Of a DNA stretch of 64,000 bases, positions 45,006 through 53,539 are shown piece after piece (position 1 is the stretch's first letter; each line of letters starts with the position of its first letter). The notes under the pieces were generated by a model that was given only the letters and a program-made list of their open reading frames with translations, searched no databases and was not told the DNA's origin. Made by a program: the position numbers and the translations under genes. The DNA comes from an uncultured Gammaproteobacteria bacterium (GTDB lineage: Bacteria > Pseudomonadota > Gammaproteobacteria > Steroidobacterales > GCA-2729495), in assembly GCA_963717355.1 (NCBI GenBank), contig OY970328.1, positions 2,165,275-2,229,274 on the forward strand, written 5' to 3'.

Positions 45006-45413
45006 TCAGTGCCCGTTGCGCCGGTCGGTCTCGAGATGCTGCCTGCGCGCGACCGAGATCGCGGACCAGAGGTTCTCGGGCTCGAACGGTTTGGAGAGAT
45101 AGGGCGCGTCGCGGAAGGCGTCCGGCGCATAACGCATTCCGTAACCCGTAGAGAAGACGAATGGAATACCGCGCCGCCGGAGCTCATCGGCGACACCGAA
45201 GACTTTCTCACCCTGCACGTTGATGTCGAGCACGGCCACGTCGAGGTCGCCATGACGGGCGATGTCCAGCGCCTGGTCGATCCTGCCCACGGGGCCGATG
45301 ATCTCGCAACCGGCCTCGTGCAGCATGTCCTCGAGATGCATCGCCACGAGCGCCGAGTCCTCGACGAGGAGGACTTTGAGGCCCCAGAGATCAGGCTGAG
45401 CCTGGATTTTCAT
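45006..45413 (-). CDS. Single-domain response regulator (CheY-like receiver)
   Basis: MKIQAQPDLWGLKVLLVEDSALVAMHLEDML...DVAVLDINVQGE...FSTGYG...LSKPF. No output domain and no adjacent kinase. Confidence 0.8.
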   Translation of the reverse strand: MKIQAQPDLWGLKVLLVEDSALVAMHLEDMLHEAGCEIIGPVGRIDQALDIARHGDLDVAVLDINVQGEKVFGVADELRRRGIPFVFSTGYGMRYAPDAFRDAPYLSKPFEPENLWSAISVARRQHLETDRRNGH

Positions 45414-45777
45414 GTTCGTTACCGGCCGCGCCGAGTGCTCCCGGGTCTCGGCCCGGGTTCGCAGGATTATATAGCCCGACGTGGTGGAATCCACAACACT
45501 TTTCCCCGGCGCGGCAATACTCACTGCCTGCTCCCGGCAGGAATTACGCGGCAAGAGAAAAGGGTCGCAATGAGCGGTGTGCGCCTACTCCTGCGGCATC
45601 TCGTCCTCGTCCCCGCGCTCCTCGCTGTCGCGATCGCGCGTCATGCCGTCGTCACGCTCACGGCCACGTTGTCCGGTTTTACTACCTGGCCCGGCCTTCT
45701 TGCCGCCGCGCCGGCTGCCGGCAGCCGGCCCGCGCGGCTCCTGGCCGGCGCGAAGCCGCGGACCGCAACGCGTCGCA

Positions 45778-45996
45778 CTAGAGCAGGGTCGACGCCGCCT
45801 GCGGGAACTGGCTTGCGGACGCCCGCAATCCGGTGGTCTGCACCTCGCCGTTCACCAGGTCCTTCCATCGGACGCTGGTGCCCTTGCGGCGCCGTTTCTG
45901 CGCCAGGACGAAACCGTTGGAAGTGAGCGTGAGCGTGTAGGGCTTCTGGTCGATCCACACCTCACGCCGCAGCGGCCTGTCGAGCCGAGTGGTCAT
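45778..45996 (-). CDS. Hypothetical small basic protein (72 aa)
   Basis: ORF only, with no recognised family. A different frame downstream encodes a charged tail, so a frameshifted longer gene is possible. Confidence 0.25.
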   Translation of the reverse strand: MTTRLDRPLRREVWIDQKPYTLTLTSNGFVLAQKRRRKGTSVRWKDLVNGEVQTTGLRASASQFPQAASTLL

Positions 45997-46319
45997 CGTG
46001 GTTCTCCGTCTGGTGATGCAACTAATGGGATGCCGAACGCTGGCTCGACCCGCCGGCCGAGGAGCGTCGCGAGCTGCCGCTGCTCCAGGAGCTGGCAGAG
46101 CGACGAGTAGTGATGCCGCGGCGATCGTCGGGGCGCTCGGGCCCGTTCGTTTCGGCCACGAGCACGTCCCCGTTCGGCAACACGTGAAGCCAGCGCTCTG
46201 CGCGGTTGCAGCGAGCTTTGCATCCGCTGCTGTGTTGCGCAGCGCACACGCGGAACCCCGGCCCGCCGCCGCCGGTCCGATTCCATGTCGACGCTTTCTG
46301 GCCTGCGTCGTTTAGTCCC

Positions 46320-46757
46320 ATGGAGATGAACGCGTTCCGAAGGATTGCTGGAGCGGTACTCGCGGTGGGCGTGCTCGCGGTGAGCGGTTGCGCCACGACC
46401 GAGCGCAGTCAATACGAGTACGGCTACGGCGGCGGCTATGCGCCCTATCGCCGCCCGCCGCCGTTCGACCCCTGGTACTACGGTGGGGATTATCCCGGCT
46501 CTTACGGCTACTACGGTCCGGGCTGGCAGCCGATCTATCGACCGCCGCCTTACTGGTACTATCGCCCACCGGTGGTGGTACCGCCGAAGCCGCCGCCGGT
46601 CAGGCCGCCGCCCCCTGTGAGACCGCCTCCCGTGCACAAGCCCCCGCCGGTGCACACGCCGCCGCGCAATCCGCACAACTCGCCCCCGCCGCAGTGGCGC
46701 CAGCGCACGAACGACGACGATCGCGCGCCGGGGCGTGCGCGTCCGCGGGAAGACTGA
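46320..46757 (+). CDS. Lipoprotein with Tyr/Gly-rich and Pro-rich low-complexity regions
   Basis: MEMNAFRRIAGAVLAVGVLAVSGC (lipobox), then YGYGGGYAPYRRPPPFDPWYYGGDYPGSYGYYGPGW and PPKPPPVRPPPPVRPPPVHKPPPVHTPP. Confidence 0.65.
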   Translation: MEMNAFRRIAGAVLAVGVLAVSGCATTERSQYEYGYGGGYAPYRRPPPFDPWYYGGDYPGSYGYYGPGWQPIYRPPPYWYYRPPVVVPPKPPPVRPPPPVRPPPVHKPPPVHTPPRNPHNSPPPQWRQRTNDDDRAPGRARPRED

Positions 46758-46826
46758 GGGCTACCGCGTCCGCAGCCTCCGTCAGGCCCATGCCCAACCT
46801 CGCGCGTGGCGAAGCCCGACTCCGCG

Positions 46827-48071
46827 TCAGGCGGCCCTGGCCACGTCGGCGCGCAGGGTCCGAGCGGCCAGCGCGTAGTGGGCGAGCGGCCAGGTGCTGC
46901 CGATGATGAGCACGATCAGCAAGGCGTGGCGCAAAGACTCCATGCCGTAGGCCGGCGCGAACGTATCGCTGAGCATGCCGACCGCCAGCGGCCCGAGCCC
47001 GCTGAGCACGGCGGTGACGAACAGCATGGTGGCGGAAGCGAACGCGCGGATCTCCGGACGGGCGAGCGCCTGCGTCGTCGCGTAACAGGGCGCCGGCCCC
47101 ATCGCGATGAAGAACGAGGGCACGAAGTAGAGTACGAACGCCGTCGTCGGGCTCGACGCCAGCAGGGTCATGCACACGAAAGGCAGCGCGATCAGCATCC
47201 CGACGGATGGCACTCCCATGTACCAGCGCAGGTCGCGGCGGCCGAGGCGGTCGGCCAGCCAGCCGCCGGAGAATGTGCCGGAGCCGCCCACGATGCCGAC
47301 GGCCAAGGCGAGCCAGCGGCCGGTTTCCGCGGTGCCGAGGCCGTGGCTGCGCTCGAAGAATGACGGCAGCCAGAAGATGGCGCCGATGTAGCAACCGTTC
47401 GCTAGCGCGTTGGCGAGGCACAGGTGCACGAAACTGCGCTGCGAGAGCAGGAACCCGAGCGCTGCGCGCACGGGTGTCGTGCCCGTTCCGCTGTTCGCCA
47501 CGCGCGAGCGCGGGATCGTGACCCAGCCCAACAGGGCCAACAGGATGCCGGGCGCGCCGGCGTACACGAAGGCGCTTCGCCAGCCGACGTTTTCGCCGAT
47601 CCAGCCGCCGGCGGAAAAAGCGATGAGCACGCCGAAGGAAAACCCGGTCATGTAGACGCCCATGGCCTTGCCGCGTTCCTCGCGCGGAAAGTTCTCGGCG
47701 ATGATCGCGTGTGCGGGCGGCGTGCACCCTGCCTCGCCCACGCCCACGCCGATGCGCAGCAACAGCATCTCGAGGAAACTGTGCGCGAAGCCGGTCGCCG
47801 CCGTCAGGAAGCTCCAGAGAAAGACCGCGATCGACAACACCTCGCGCCGCCACCCCCGGTCGGCGAGCCAGGCGGCCGGGATACCGAGGGTCGCGTAGAA
47901 CAGGGCGAACGCCGGGCCGGTGAGAAAGCCGAGCAGCGTGTCGGAAACCGCCAGGTCCCTCTTGATATAGGGCAGCAGGATGGCGAGCAGTTGCCGGTCG
48001 ATGAAATTGAAAATGTAGATGAGGAGGACGACGGCGAGGATGTGGTAGCGACGGTGGACGCTGAACGGCAT
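46827..48071 (-). CDS. MFS transporter
   Basis: 414 aa with ~12 predicted TM helices. MFS loop motif DRGWRRE / GRRDLR. Confidence 0.8.
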   Translation of the reverse strand: MPFSVHRRYHILAVVLLIYIFNFIDRQLLAILLPYIKRDLAVSDTLLGFLTGPAFALFYATLGIPAAWLADRGWRREVLSIAVFLWSFLTAATGFAHSFLEMLLLRIGVGVGEAGCTPPAHAIIAENFPREERGKAMGVYMTGFSFGVLIAFSAGGWIGENVGWRSAFVYAGAPGILLALLGWVTIPRSRVANSGTGTTPVRAALGFLLSQRSFVHLCLANALANGCYIGAIFWLPSFFERSHGLGTAETGRWLALAVGIVGGSGTFSGGWLADRLGRRDLRWYMGVPSVGMLIALPFVCMTLLASSPTTAFVLYFVPSFFIAMGPAPCYATTQALARPEIRAFASATMLFVTAVLSGLGPLAVGMLSDTFAPAYGMESLRHALLIVLIIGSTWPLAHYALAARTLRADVARAA

Positions 48072-48134
48072 GGATATCCCGCCACGAACGACGCAGGTCG
48101 CCCGTCACTATATCCTGCCCTATGAGGCGCCGGA

Positions 48135-48335
48135 TCAGACGTAGGGAGGCGCTGCCGCTCGCAGTCGTAGCGCGTAGGAGCGGATGCGCTGCGCCACCGC
48201 GCGCACCATCTCTGCGGTGACCGGCTCTCCCGCATCCAGCCGGCTATCCAGCTTTCGCGCGAGGTTGTAGAGGCGCGCCGAAATCTCTTCCGGCGTACGC
48301 GCCGGTAGGTTGCCCTGGTTGGTGGTCGAGTCCAT
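48135..48335 (-). CDS. Hypothetical small protein (66 aa)
   Basis: ORF only: MDSTTNQGNLPARTPEEISARLYNLARKLD... It is helical-looking with no recognised family. Confidence 0.3.
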   Translation of the reverse strand: MDSTTNQGNLPARTPEEISARLYNLARKLDSRLDAGEPVTAEMVRAVAQRIRSYALRLRAAAPPYV

Positions 48336-48348
48336 GTCCGCGTCCCTG

Positions 48349-49057
48349 CTAGCTTATGTCGCAACTACAGCACGGGCCCGCTGCACGAGCCGTGACGCGC
48401 GTCACGGCCGCGTTGGACAGCGGAAAACGTTCCCCCGCCATTCCCTGATCGGCGAAGTGTGCCACGGAGCCGTTCCGCCGCACAACCGCGCATTCACGTG
48501 CCGCCACCCTCCGCTGGGTTTTCGGGAGGTGGCCTTCGGCGCCTTTCTGCCCGTCCACGAAGAGGGCGGACCTGCCGCCGGAGCCGGGCTTGGAGCCGTC
48601 GCTCACGAACTCGTACTTGATCGTGCTTGCCCGCGGAAGCCGCCGCAGGTCCCGAAATTCTGGTGCGCTCGGCGCCGAAGAAGTTGTACTCGTGAAGTAC
48701 CCGGCCCTCTTTCATGTAGAGGGTCCAGCCGCCGAAGGCGCTCGACTGGCCGAAACCGATGTCGTCGAGCAGAACGATCACGACGTTAGGCGCACCACTG
48801 GGCGCCCTCACCTCGAAGCGCGGCGGCGCCTTGGCATTGCGCGCATCGAGCTCCGTGAAGGCCGGCGCAACCGGCTCCGGAATCGGCAGCATGGTGCGGT
48901 CGAGCTCCGCCGCAGATCGTTGCACGACCTCCTGGGCCATGACTGCTGAGACAGGCGCGAGGAGCACGCTTAGCGAGATCCACGTCAGTGCTCTCGCGCA
49001 TGAATCTCGTTGGCGGATGTTAGGATTGCCGATGTCATGAGCCACAAGCGCGTTCAC
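48349..49057 (-). pseudogene. Arylsulfatase remnant with a large internal deletion and a frameshift
   Basis: A signal region plus PNVVIVLLDDIGFGQSSAFGG (the N-terminal sulfatase motif) is fused directly to the C-terminal-domain sequence WTLYMKEGRVLHEYNFFG. It then continues in another frame, IKYEFVSDGSKPGSGGRSALFVDGQKGAEGHLPKT. The CxPxR active-site region is absent. Confidence 0.7.
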
Positions 49058-51253
49058 GCTGGCATCGTCGCGCTCCTCATCGTCGCCGCGGTACTCGGAG
49101 CATGGGCCTGGCAGCGAAGCGCCTACGCGCCGTCGCCCCCGCCGGCGTTCGTCGGCTCATCCGCGTGCGTGTCCTGCCATGCCGCCGAGCACGCCGCGTG
49201 GTCGGCGTCCCAGCACGCCCTCGCCATGCAGCCCGTCACCGACAAGTCCGTGCTCGGGCGCTTCGATGGCGAGGCTTTCACCGTGGGCGGCGTCAGCTCG
49301 ACCTTTTCCCATGACGGGGGCCGCTACCTCGTGCAAACCGATGGCGCCGATGGCAAGCCCGCCGACTTCGAGGCGAAGTACACCTTCGGCGTCTACCCGC
49401 TCCAGCAATATCTCCTGCCCCTGCCAGGCGGGCGCCTGCAGGCCCTGGGGATCGCGTGGGATGCGCGGCCCGCGGCGTCCGGCGGCCAGCGCTGGTTTCA
49501 TCTCTACCCGGATGCGCCGCCTGAAGCCGGCGGCCCGCTGCACTGGACCGGCACCGATCAGAACTGGAACTACCAGTGCGCCGACTGCCATTCGACCAAC
49601 GTCCGGAAGAACTTCGACGCGCCCGCCGGCACGTTCGCGACGACCTGGTCGGAAATCAGCGTCGGCTGCGAGGCCTGCCACGGGCCGGCCTCGAACCACC
49701 TCGCCTGGGCGCGCCGCGGGAAGGGATGGCGCGCACTGGGCGAGGCCCGCGGGCTCACCGTGACTCTGGACGAGCGACGCGGCGCCGAGTGGCGCCGCAC
49801 CGATGCGCCCACCGCGACGCGTTCCGGGCCACGAACGACCTCGCGCGAGATCGACACCTGCGCCCGTTGTCACTCGCGCCGCGGCCAGTATTCGGATGCC
49901 ATCGCCGCCGGAGGCAACTGGCTCGACGCATTCCGCCCCGCGTTGATCGAGCCCGGTCTCTACTATGCCGACGGCCAGCAGCGAGACGAGGTCTACACCT
50001 GGGGCTCGTTCGTGCAGAGTCGGATGCACGCAGCCGGCGTTACCTGCGCCGATTGCCACGAGCCGCACTCGGGGAAGCTCCGCGCTGCCGGCAATGCGGT
50101 GTGCGCCCACTGCCATGCGCCGGAGACCTTCGACGTGCCTGCCCATCACCACCACGCCGCGGGCTCGCAGGGAGCGCAATGCACCGCCTGCCACATGCCC
50201 GCCAGCACCTACATGGTGATCGACCCGCGGCACGACCACTCGCTGCGCATCCCGCGACCGGACCGCAATGCCGCGACCGGCGCGCCGGACGCCTGCACGG
50301 CGTGTCACGCCAATCGCGACCCGGCGTGGGCGGCGGCGCAGATCCACGCCTGGTATCCGCAGCCCGGGCCCGGTTTTCAGACATTCGCGGACGCCTTCGC
50401 CGCAGCGGATCGAGGCGAGCCGGCAGCCGCGGATGCGCTGGCGACGATCATCGCCGACCCCGCACAGCCATCGCTCGTGCGCGCGAGCGCCCTCGCCCGG
50501 CTGCTTCGCTTCCTCGATCCGGAAAACCTGACGGTCGTCGCCAACGCGCTGCGGGATCCGGATGCACTGGTGCGCGCCACCGCCGCGGATGCCTTCAGCC
50601 TCGTCCCGCCGGCCGAGCGCACGGATCGGCTCTCGCCGCTGCTCTCCGACCCGGTGCGCCTGGTGCGCATGGCGGCGGCGCGCTCGCTCGCCGGCGAAAG
50701 CGAAAGCCGGCTCGTCGGCGAGGAGCTCAGCGCTTTCGCGAGCGCGCTCGGCGAGTGGACGGCGGCGCAGGAATTCAATGCCGATCGCCCCGAGGCGCTC
50801 ACGAACCTCGGGACGCTGCAAACCGAGCGCCAGAACTGGAACGCGGCGATCGCGGCGTATCGGAAGGCACTCGCGCTCGATCCGACGTTCGTGCAGGCCG
50901 CCGTGAATCTCGCCGACGCCGATCGTGCGCTCGGCGACGAGGCTGCCGCGGAGAAGGTGCTGCGTGAAGCGCTCGCGCGCAATCCGCAAGCGCCTGCGGC
51001 CCGCCACGCGCTCGGGCTCGCGCTCATCCGGCAGGGCCGGGTGAAGGAGGCGCTCGCAGAACTGCGCCGCGCGGCCGAGCTCGAACCCTCGCAGCCGCAC
51101 TTCGCCTTCGTCTATGCCGTGGCCCTGCACGACACGGGCGATGCCGATACCTCCATCGCTACTCTGCGCCGGGCGATCGCCGCGCACCCGTACGAGCGCG
51201 AGCTCGTGCAAGCTCTCGCTGCCTACCAGGGCGAATTGAAGGCGCCTCGCTGA
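49010..51253 (+). CDS. Octaheme c-type cytochrome fused to HEAT-like and TPR repeats
   Basis: Eight CxxCH motifs (CVSCH, CADCH, CEACH, CARCH, CADCH, CAHCH, CTACH, CTACH) in the N-terminal ~430 aa, then HEAT-like (DPDALVRATAADAF, DPVRLVRMAAARSLAG) and TPR repeats. The probable start is MSHKRVH at 49037, with an N-terminal TM anchor. Confidence 0.85.
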   Translation: MADVRIADVMSHKRVHAGIVALLIVAAVLGAWAWQRSAYAPSPPPAFVGSSACVSCHAAEHAAWSASQHALAMQPVTDKSVLGRFDGEAFTVGGVSSTFSHDGGRYLVQTDGADGKPADFEAKYTFGVYPLQQYLLPLPGGRLQALGIAWDARPAASGGQRWFHLYPDAPPEAGGPLHWTGTDQNWNYQCADCHSTNVRKNFDAPAGTFATTWSEISVGCEACHGPASNHLAWARRGKGWRALGEARGLTVTLDERRGAEWRRTDAPTATRSGPRTTSREIDTCARCHSRRGQYSDAIAAGGNWLDAFRPALIEPGLYYADGQQRDEVYTWGSFVQSRMHAAGVTCADCHEPHSGKLRAAGNAVCAHCHAPETFDVPAHHHHAAGSQGAQCTACHMPASTYMVIDPRHDHSLRIPRPDRNAATGAPDACTACHANRDPAWAAAQIHAWYPQPGPGFQTFADAFAAADRGEPAAADALATIIADPAQPSLVRASALARLLRFLDPENLTVVANALRDPDALVRATAADAFSLVPPAERTDRLSPLLSDPVRLVRMAAARSLAGESESRLVGEELSAFASALGEWTAAQEFNADRPEALTNLGTLQTERQNWNAAIAAYRKALALDPTFVQAAVNLADADRALGDEAAAEKVLREALARNPQAPAARHALGLALIRQGRVKEALAELRRAAELEPSQPHFAFVYAVALHDTGDADTSIATLRRAIAAHPYERELVQALAAYQGELKAPR

Positions 51254-51309
51254 CGGGCTCCGGCAAAGACGAGCTATGATGTCCCGCGCTGTTGCGGCTG
51301 GAGGTTCGT

Positions 51310-52035
51310 ATGCGTTGTCCGATCGGAGTCCTTGCCTTGGGCGTCGCCGCGATGCTGCTCAGCGCGCCGGCAGGGACTGCACAAACAGATGAACTGAGCG
51401 CGGCTCTGAAGCTGAAACCGGATTACGAACACGGGCGTGCGCTGTACGAAACCTGCGCAGCCTGCCATCAATCGCACGGCGCCGGTGTGGCGGAAGGCGG
51501 CATTCCCAACATTGCCGGCCGGCAATACGAAGCCATTCTCAAACAGCTGGTGGACTTCCGCGACGGCAAAACGGCCGACCCGCGCATGGAGCAGTTCACC
51601 TCGAAGCATCATCTGAAAGGCCTGCAGGATCTTGCCGACGTGGCCGCATTCATTTCGCGTCTGCCTGTCCAGCCAACTCAGGCTGGTCACTCGCAGCCGT
51701 TCACGAGCTACAGCGGCGCCGAGCTTTTCCAGCAATTCTGCGCCAGTTGCCACGGCCCCTCGGGCTACGGGGATGGCCCGGTGGCTCCCTCGCTCAAGGT
51801 GCTCGTGCCTGACCTCACCGGGTTGACGCTACGCGCCGGTGGGCATTTTCCCGCAGAGCGCGTGCAGAAAATCATTGACGGGCGAGCCGTTCTGCCCGCA
51901 CACGGCACCCGAGCGATGCCGGTCTGGGGCTACGAGTTCGAAGCGCAGGTGCCTCCTGATCAGCCGGCTAGAGCAACTGCCCAGCTTCTCATCGACAGGC
52001 TCATCGACTACCTGAGCTCAATACAGAGAGGCTAG
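51310..52035 (+). CDS. Diheme class-I c-type cytochrome
   Basis: Signal peptide MRCPIGVLALGVAAMLLSAPAGTA. Two CxxCH motifs (CAACH, CASCH), each followed by a distal Met region. Confidence 0.8.
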   Translation: MRCPIGVLALGVAAMLLSAPAGTAQTDELSAALKLKPDYEHGRALYETCAACHQSHGAGVAEGGIPNIAGRQYEAILKQLVDFRDGKTADPRMEQFTSKHHLKGLQDLADVAAFISRLPVQPTQAGHSQPFTSYSGAELFQQFCASCHGPSGYGDGPVAPSLKVLVPDLTGLTLRAGGHFPAERVQKIIDGRAVLPAHGTRAMPVWGYEFEAQVPPDQPARATAQLLIDRLIDYLSSIQRG

Positions 52036-52115
52036 CCGGGGCTCACCGGAAACCGACTCTGCGTCTGTGATAGTGGCGGTGATGGGGATCTCCCACAAAT
52101 CCCCCACAGTCCAAA

Positions 52116-52688
52116 TCAGCGCAGCGACCGTCGGGCCGGTGTCCGGGCACCACGCCGGGTGCTGAGCAGACGACGACGAAACTCTTCGAATTGCTCCGCA
52201 TGGCCCTCGGCGCGGGCCCAGCGCGCGAGTTCCTTCATTGAGACACGATGGCTACGGCCAACCTGCAAAGCCTGCTCCAGGCTCTGGCTGTCGCGCCAGT
52301 GAAAAAATGCCGCCAGCCGGTCCTTGATACATTGCGTAGGCGTCAGAATCTGCAGCGTTCCCGCCGGCGTGCGGATGCGCGCCCACCTCTGCACAATTTC
52401 ATCGCCAAGCGTCGGCGGCCAGGCGACGAACTCTACCACCAGCGGGCTAGCAGGGTGCTCGAAGTGCCGGCCGGCGCCCGGTTTGAATCCCATCGTGCCC
52501 ATCACTGCGGCAAGATCTTTTCTCGCGGCAGCACTGACGAAGTCAATGTCGTATGACCGGTACTTGTTTGCAGAATAGATAGAAACGGCGCCACCACCGG
52601 TCAGAACGGCTGTAATCCCGGCATCGGTGAGCGCCTGGGACACCTGCGCCGCCACCTCGCGGATGGTTGATCGACGGGTGATGGCCAT
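52116..52688 (-). CDS. Small nucleotidyltransferase-fold protein (AbiEii/minimal-NTase-like), putative toxin
   Basis: VLTGGGAVSIYSANKYRSYDIDFV matches the Pol-beta NTase signature hGG.A...S.DlDF. Its start overlaps the wHTH gene stop by 1 nt (TGATG). Confidence 0.55.
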   Translation of the reverse strand: MAITRRSTIREVAAQVSQALTDAGITAVLTGGGAVSIYSANKYRSYDIDFVSAAARKDLAAVMGTMGFKPGAGRHFEHPASPLVVEFVAWPPTLGDEIVQRWARIRTPAGTLQILTPTQCIKDRLAAFFHWRDSQSLEQALQVGRSHRVSMKELARWARAEGHAEQFEEFRRRLLSTRRGARTPARRSLR

Positions 52689-53017
52689 CAGTGGGGCTTA
52701 CCTGCACGCCGTGGCCTGCGGCGTGCCTCCGCAAAGGGACTGCGCTGCTCCGGCGGAAGATTCTCCAAAATCACCTGCAGCAGCTTCCGAAACGGGATAA
52801 CGAGCACGCTACGCGGGTTCCAGCCGTAGACTCGGGTACGTCCCATCATCCGGCTCACCAGCAACCCGCCGCTCTCGAACTTGCGCAGCTGCTTCTGGAT
52901 CTCGCTGACGGGAACGCCAAAGGCGACCGCGATCTGGCGCCCGTAGGCCTCGTCATAGCGATGCAGGAACAGGAGCACTCGTTCCGCGGTAGGACTTCCG
53001 AAGGCAGCTTCAAGCAT
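52688..53017 (-). CDS. Winged-helix transcriptional regulator, putative antitoxin
   Basis: 109 aa. RVLLFLHRYDEAYGRQIAVAFGVPVSEIQKQLRKFESGGLLVSRMMGRTRVY is an ArsR/MarR-like wHTH. An AT-rich region with inverted repeats lies upstream (53018-53075). Confidence 0.6.
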   Translation of the reverse strand: MLEAAFGSPTAERVLLFLHRYDEAYGRQIAVAFGVPVSEIQKQLRKFESGGLLVSRMMGRTRVYGWNPRSVLVIPFRKLLQVILENLPPEQRSPFAEARRRPRRAGKPH

Positions 53018-53139
53018 AGCCGCTATTATAGCCTATTTTATAGGTTATATGACCTACTTATTAGGTATCCTTGCCATTCAGAACCCCCACCGGCTACGCC
53101 AGAGCACGTAGCCGTCGGACTACAGCGAGGAGGACAATG

Positions 53140-53184
53140 TGGTGGTGATGGGTGGACTCGAACCACCGACCTCAGCATTATGAG
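53140..53184 (-). repeat. Duplicated 3' part of tRNA-Met (att-type direct repeat; distal island boundary)
   Basis: 44 of 45 nt identical to 59337-59381: TGGTGGTGATGGGTGGAC(T/C)(T/C)GAACCACCGACCTCAGCATTATGAG. Identity ends in the anticodon loop. Confidence 0.85.
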
Positions 53185-53539
53185 CGCGATCCATGCGTTT
53201 CTCCGATTGACCGTCGCATCAACGCATTAGAACCCACTAAGTCCTAACCGACTGTTCTGTTGAAATTTTTCGAATAGTAAGCGACGCGCTGAGATTCGCC
53301 AGACTACGCCGGCATTACATTGCAGTTGCACTTATAAGTGCACTACCCTCAGGGCACGATTTGGAGGGTTTGGTGTGCGTGCGATCATCGGAGCGCGACT
53401 GCTGGCGAGCGCCGCGCGGAGATCACGATGGTATCGGCGCAAATGCGCGGCATCGCCAACTTAAGGCCCTCGCCGTGCAGCAACACGCCACCGACGTTGA
53501 ATCGCTATCTGAGTTTCCCAAGGTTTCCCGGACACCTGC

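Noticed and set aside
46440-46700. Short tandem periodicity that could be mistaken for a repeat array or CRISPR
   Set aside because: It is coding low complexity (CCG/CCC proline codons and YG repeats) within a lipoprotein ORF. There are no unique spacers and no repeat-spacer architecture. No CRISPR array is evident anywhere in the window.
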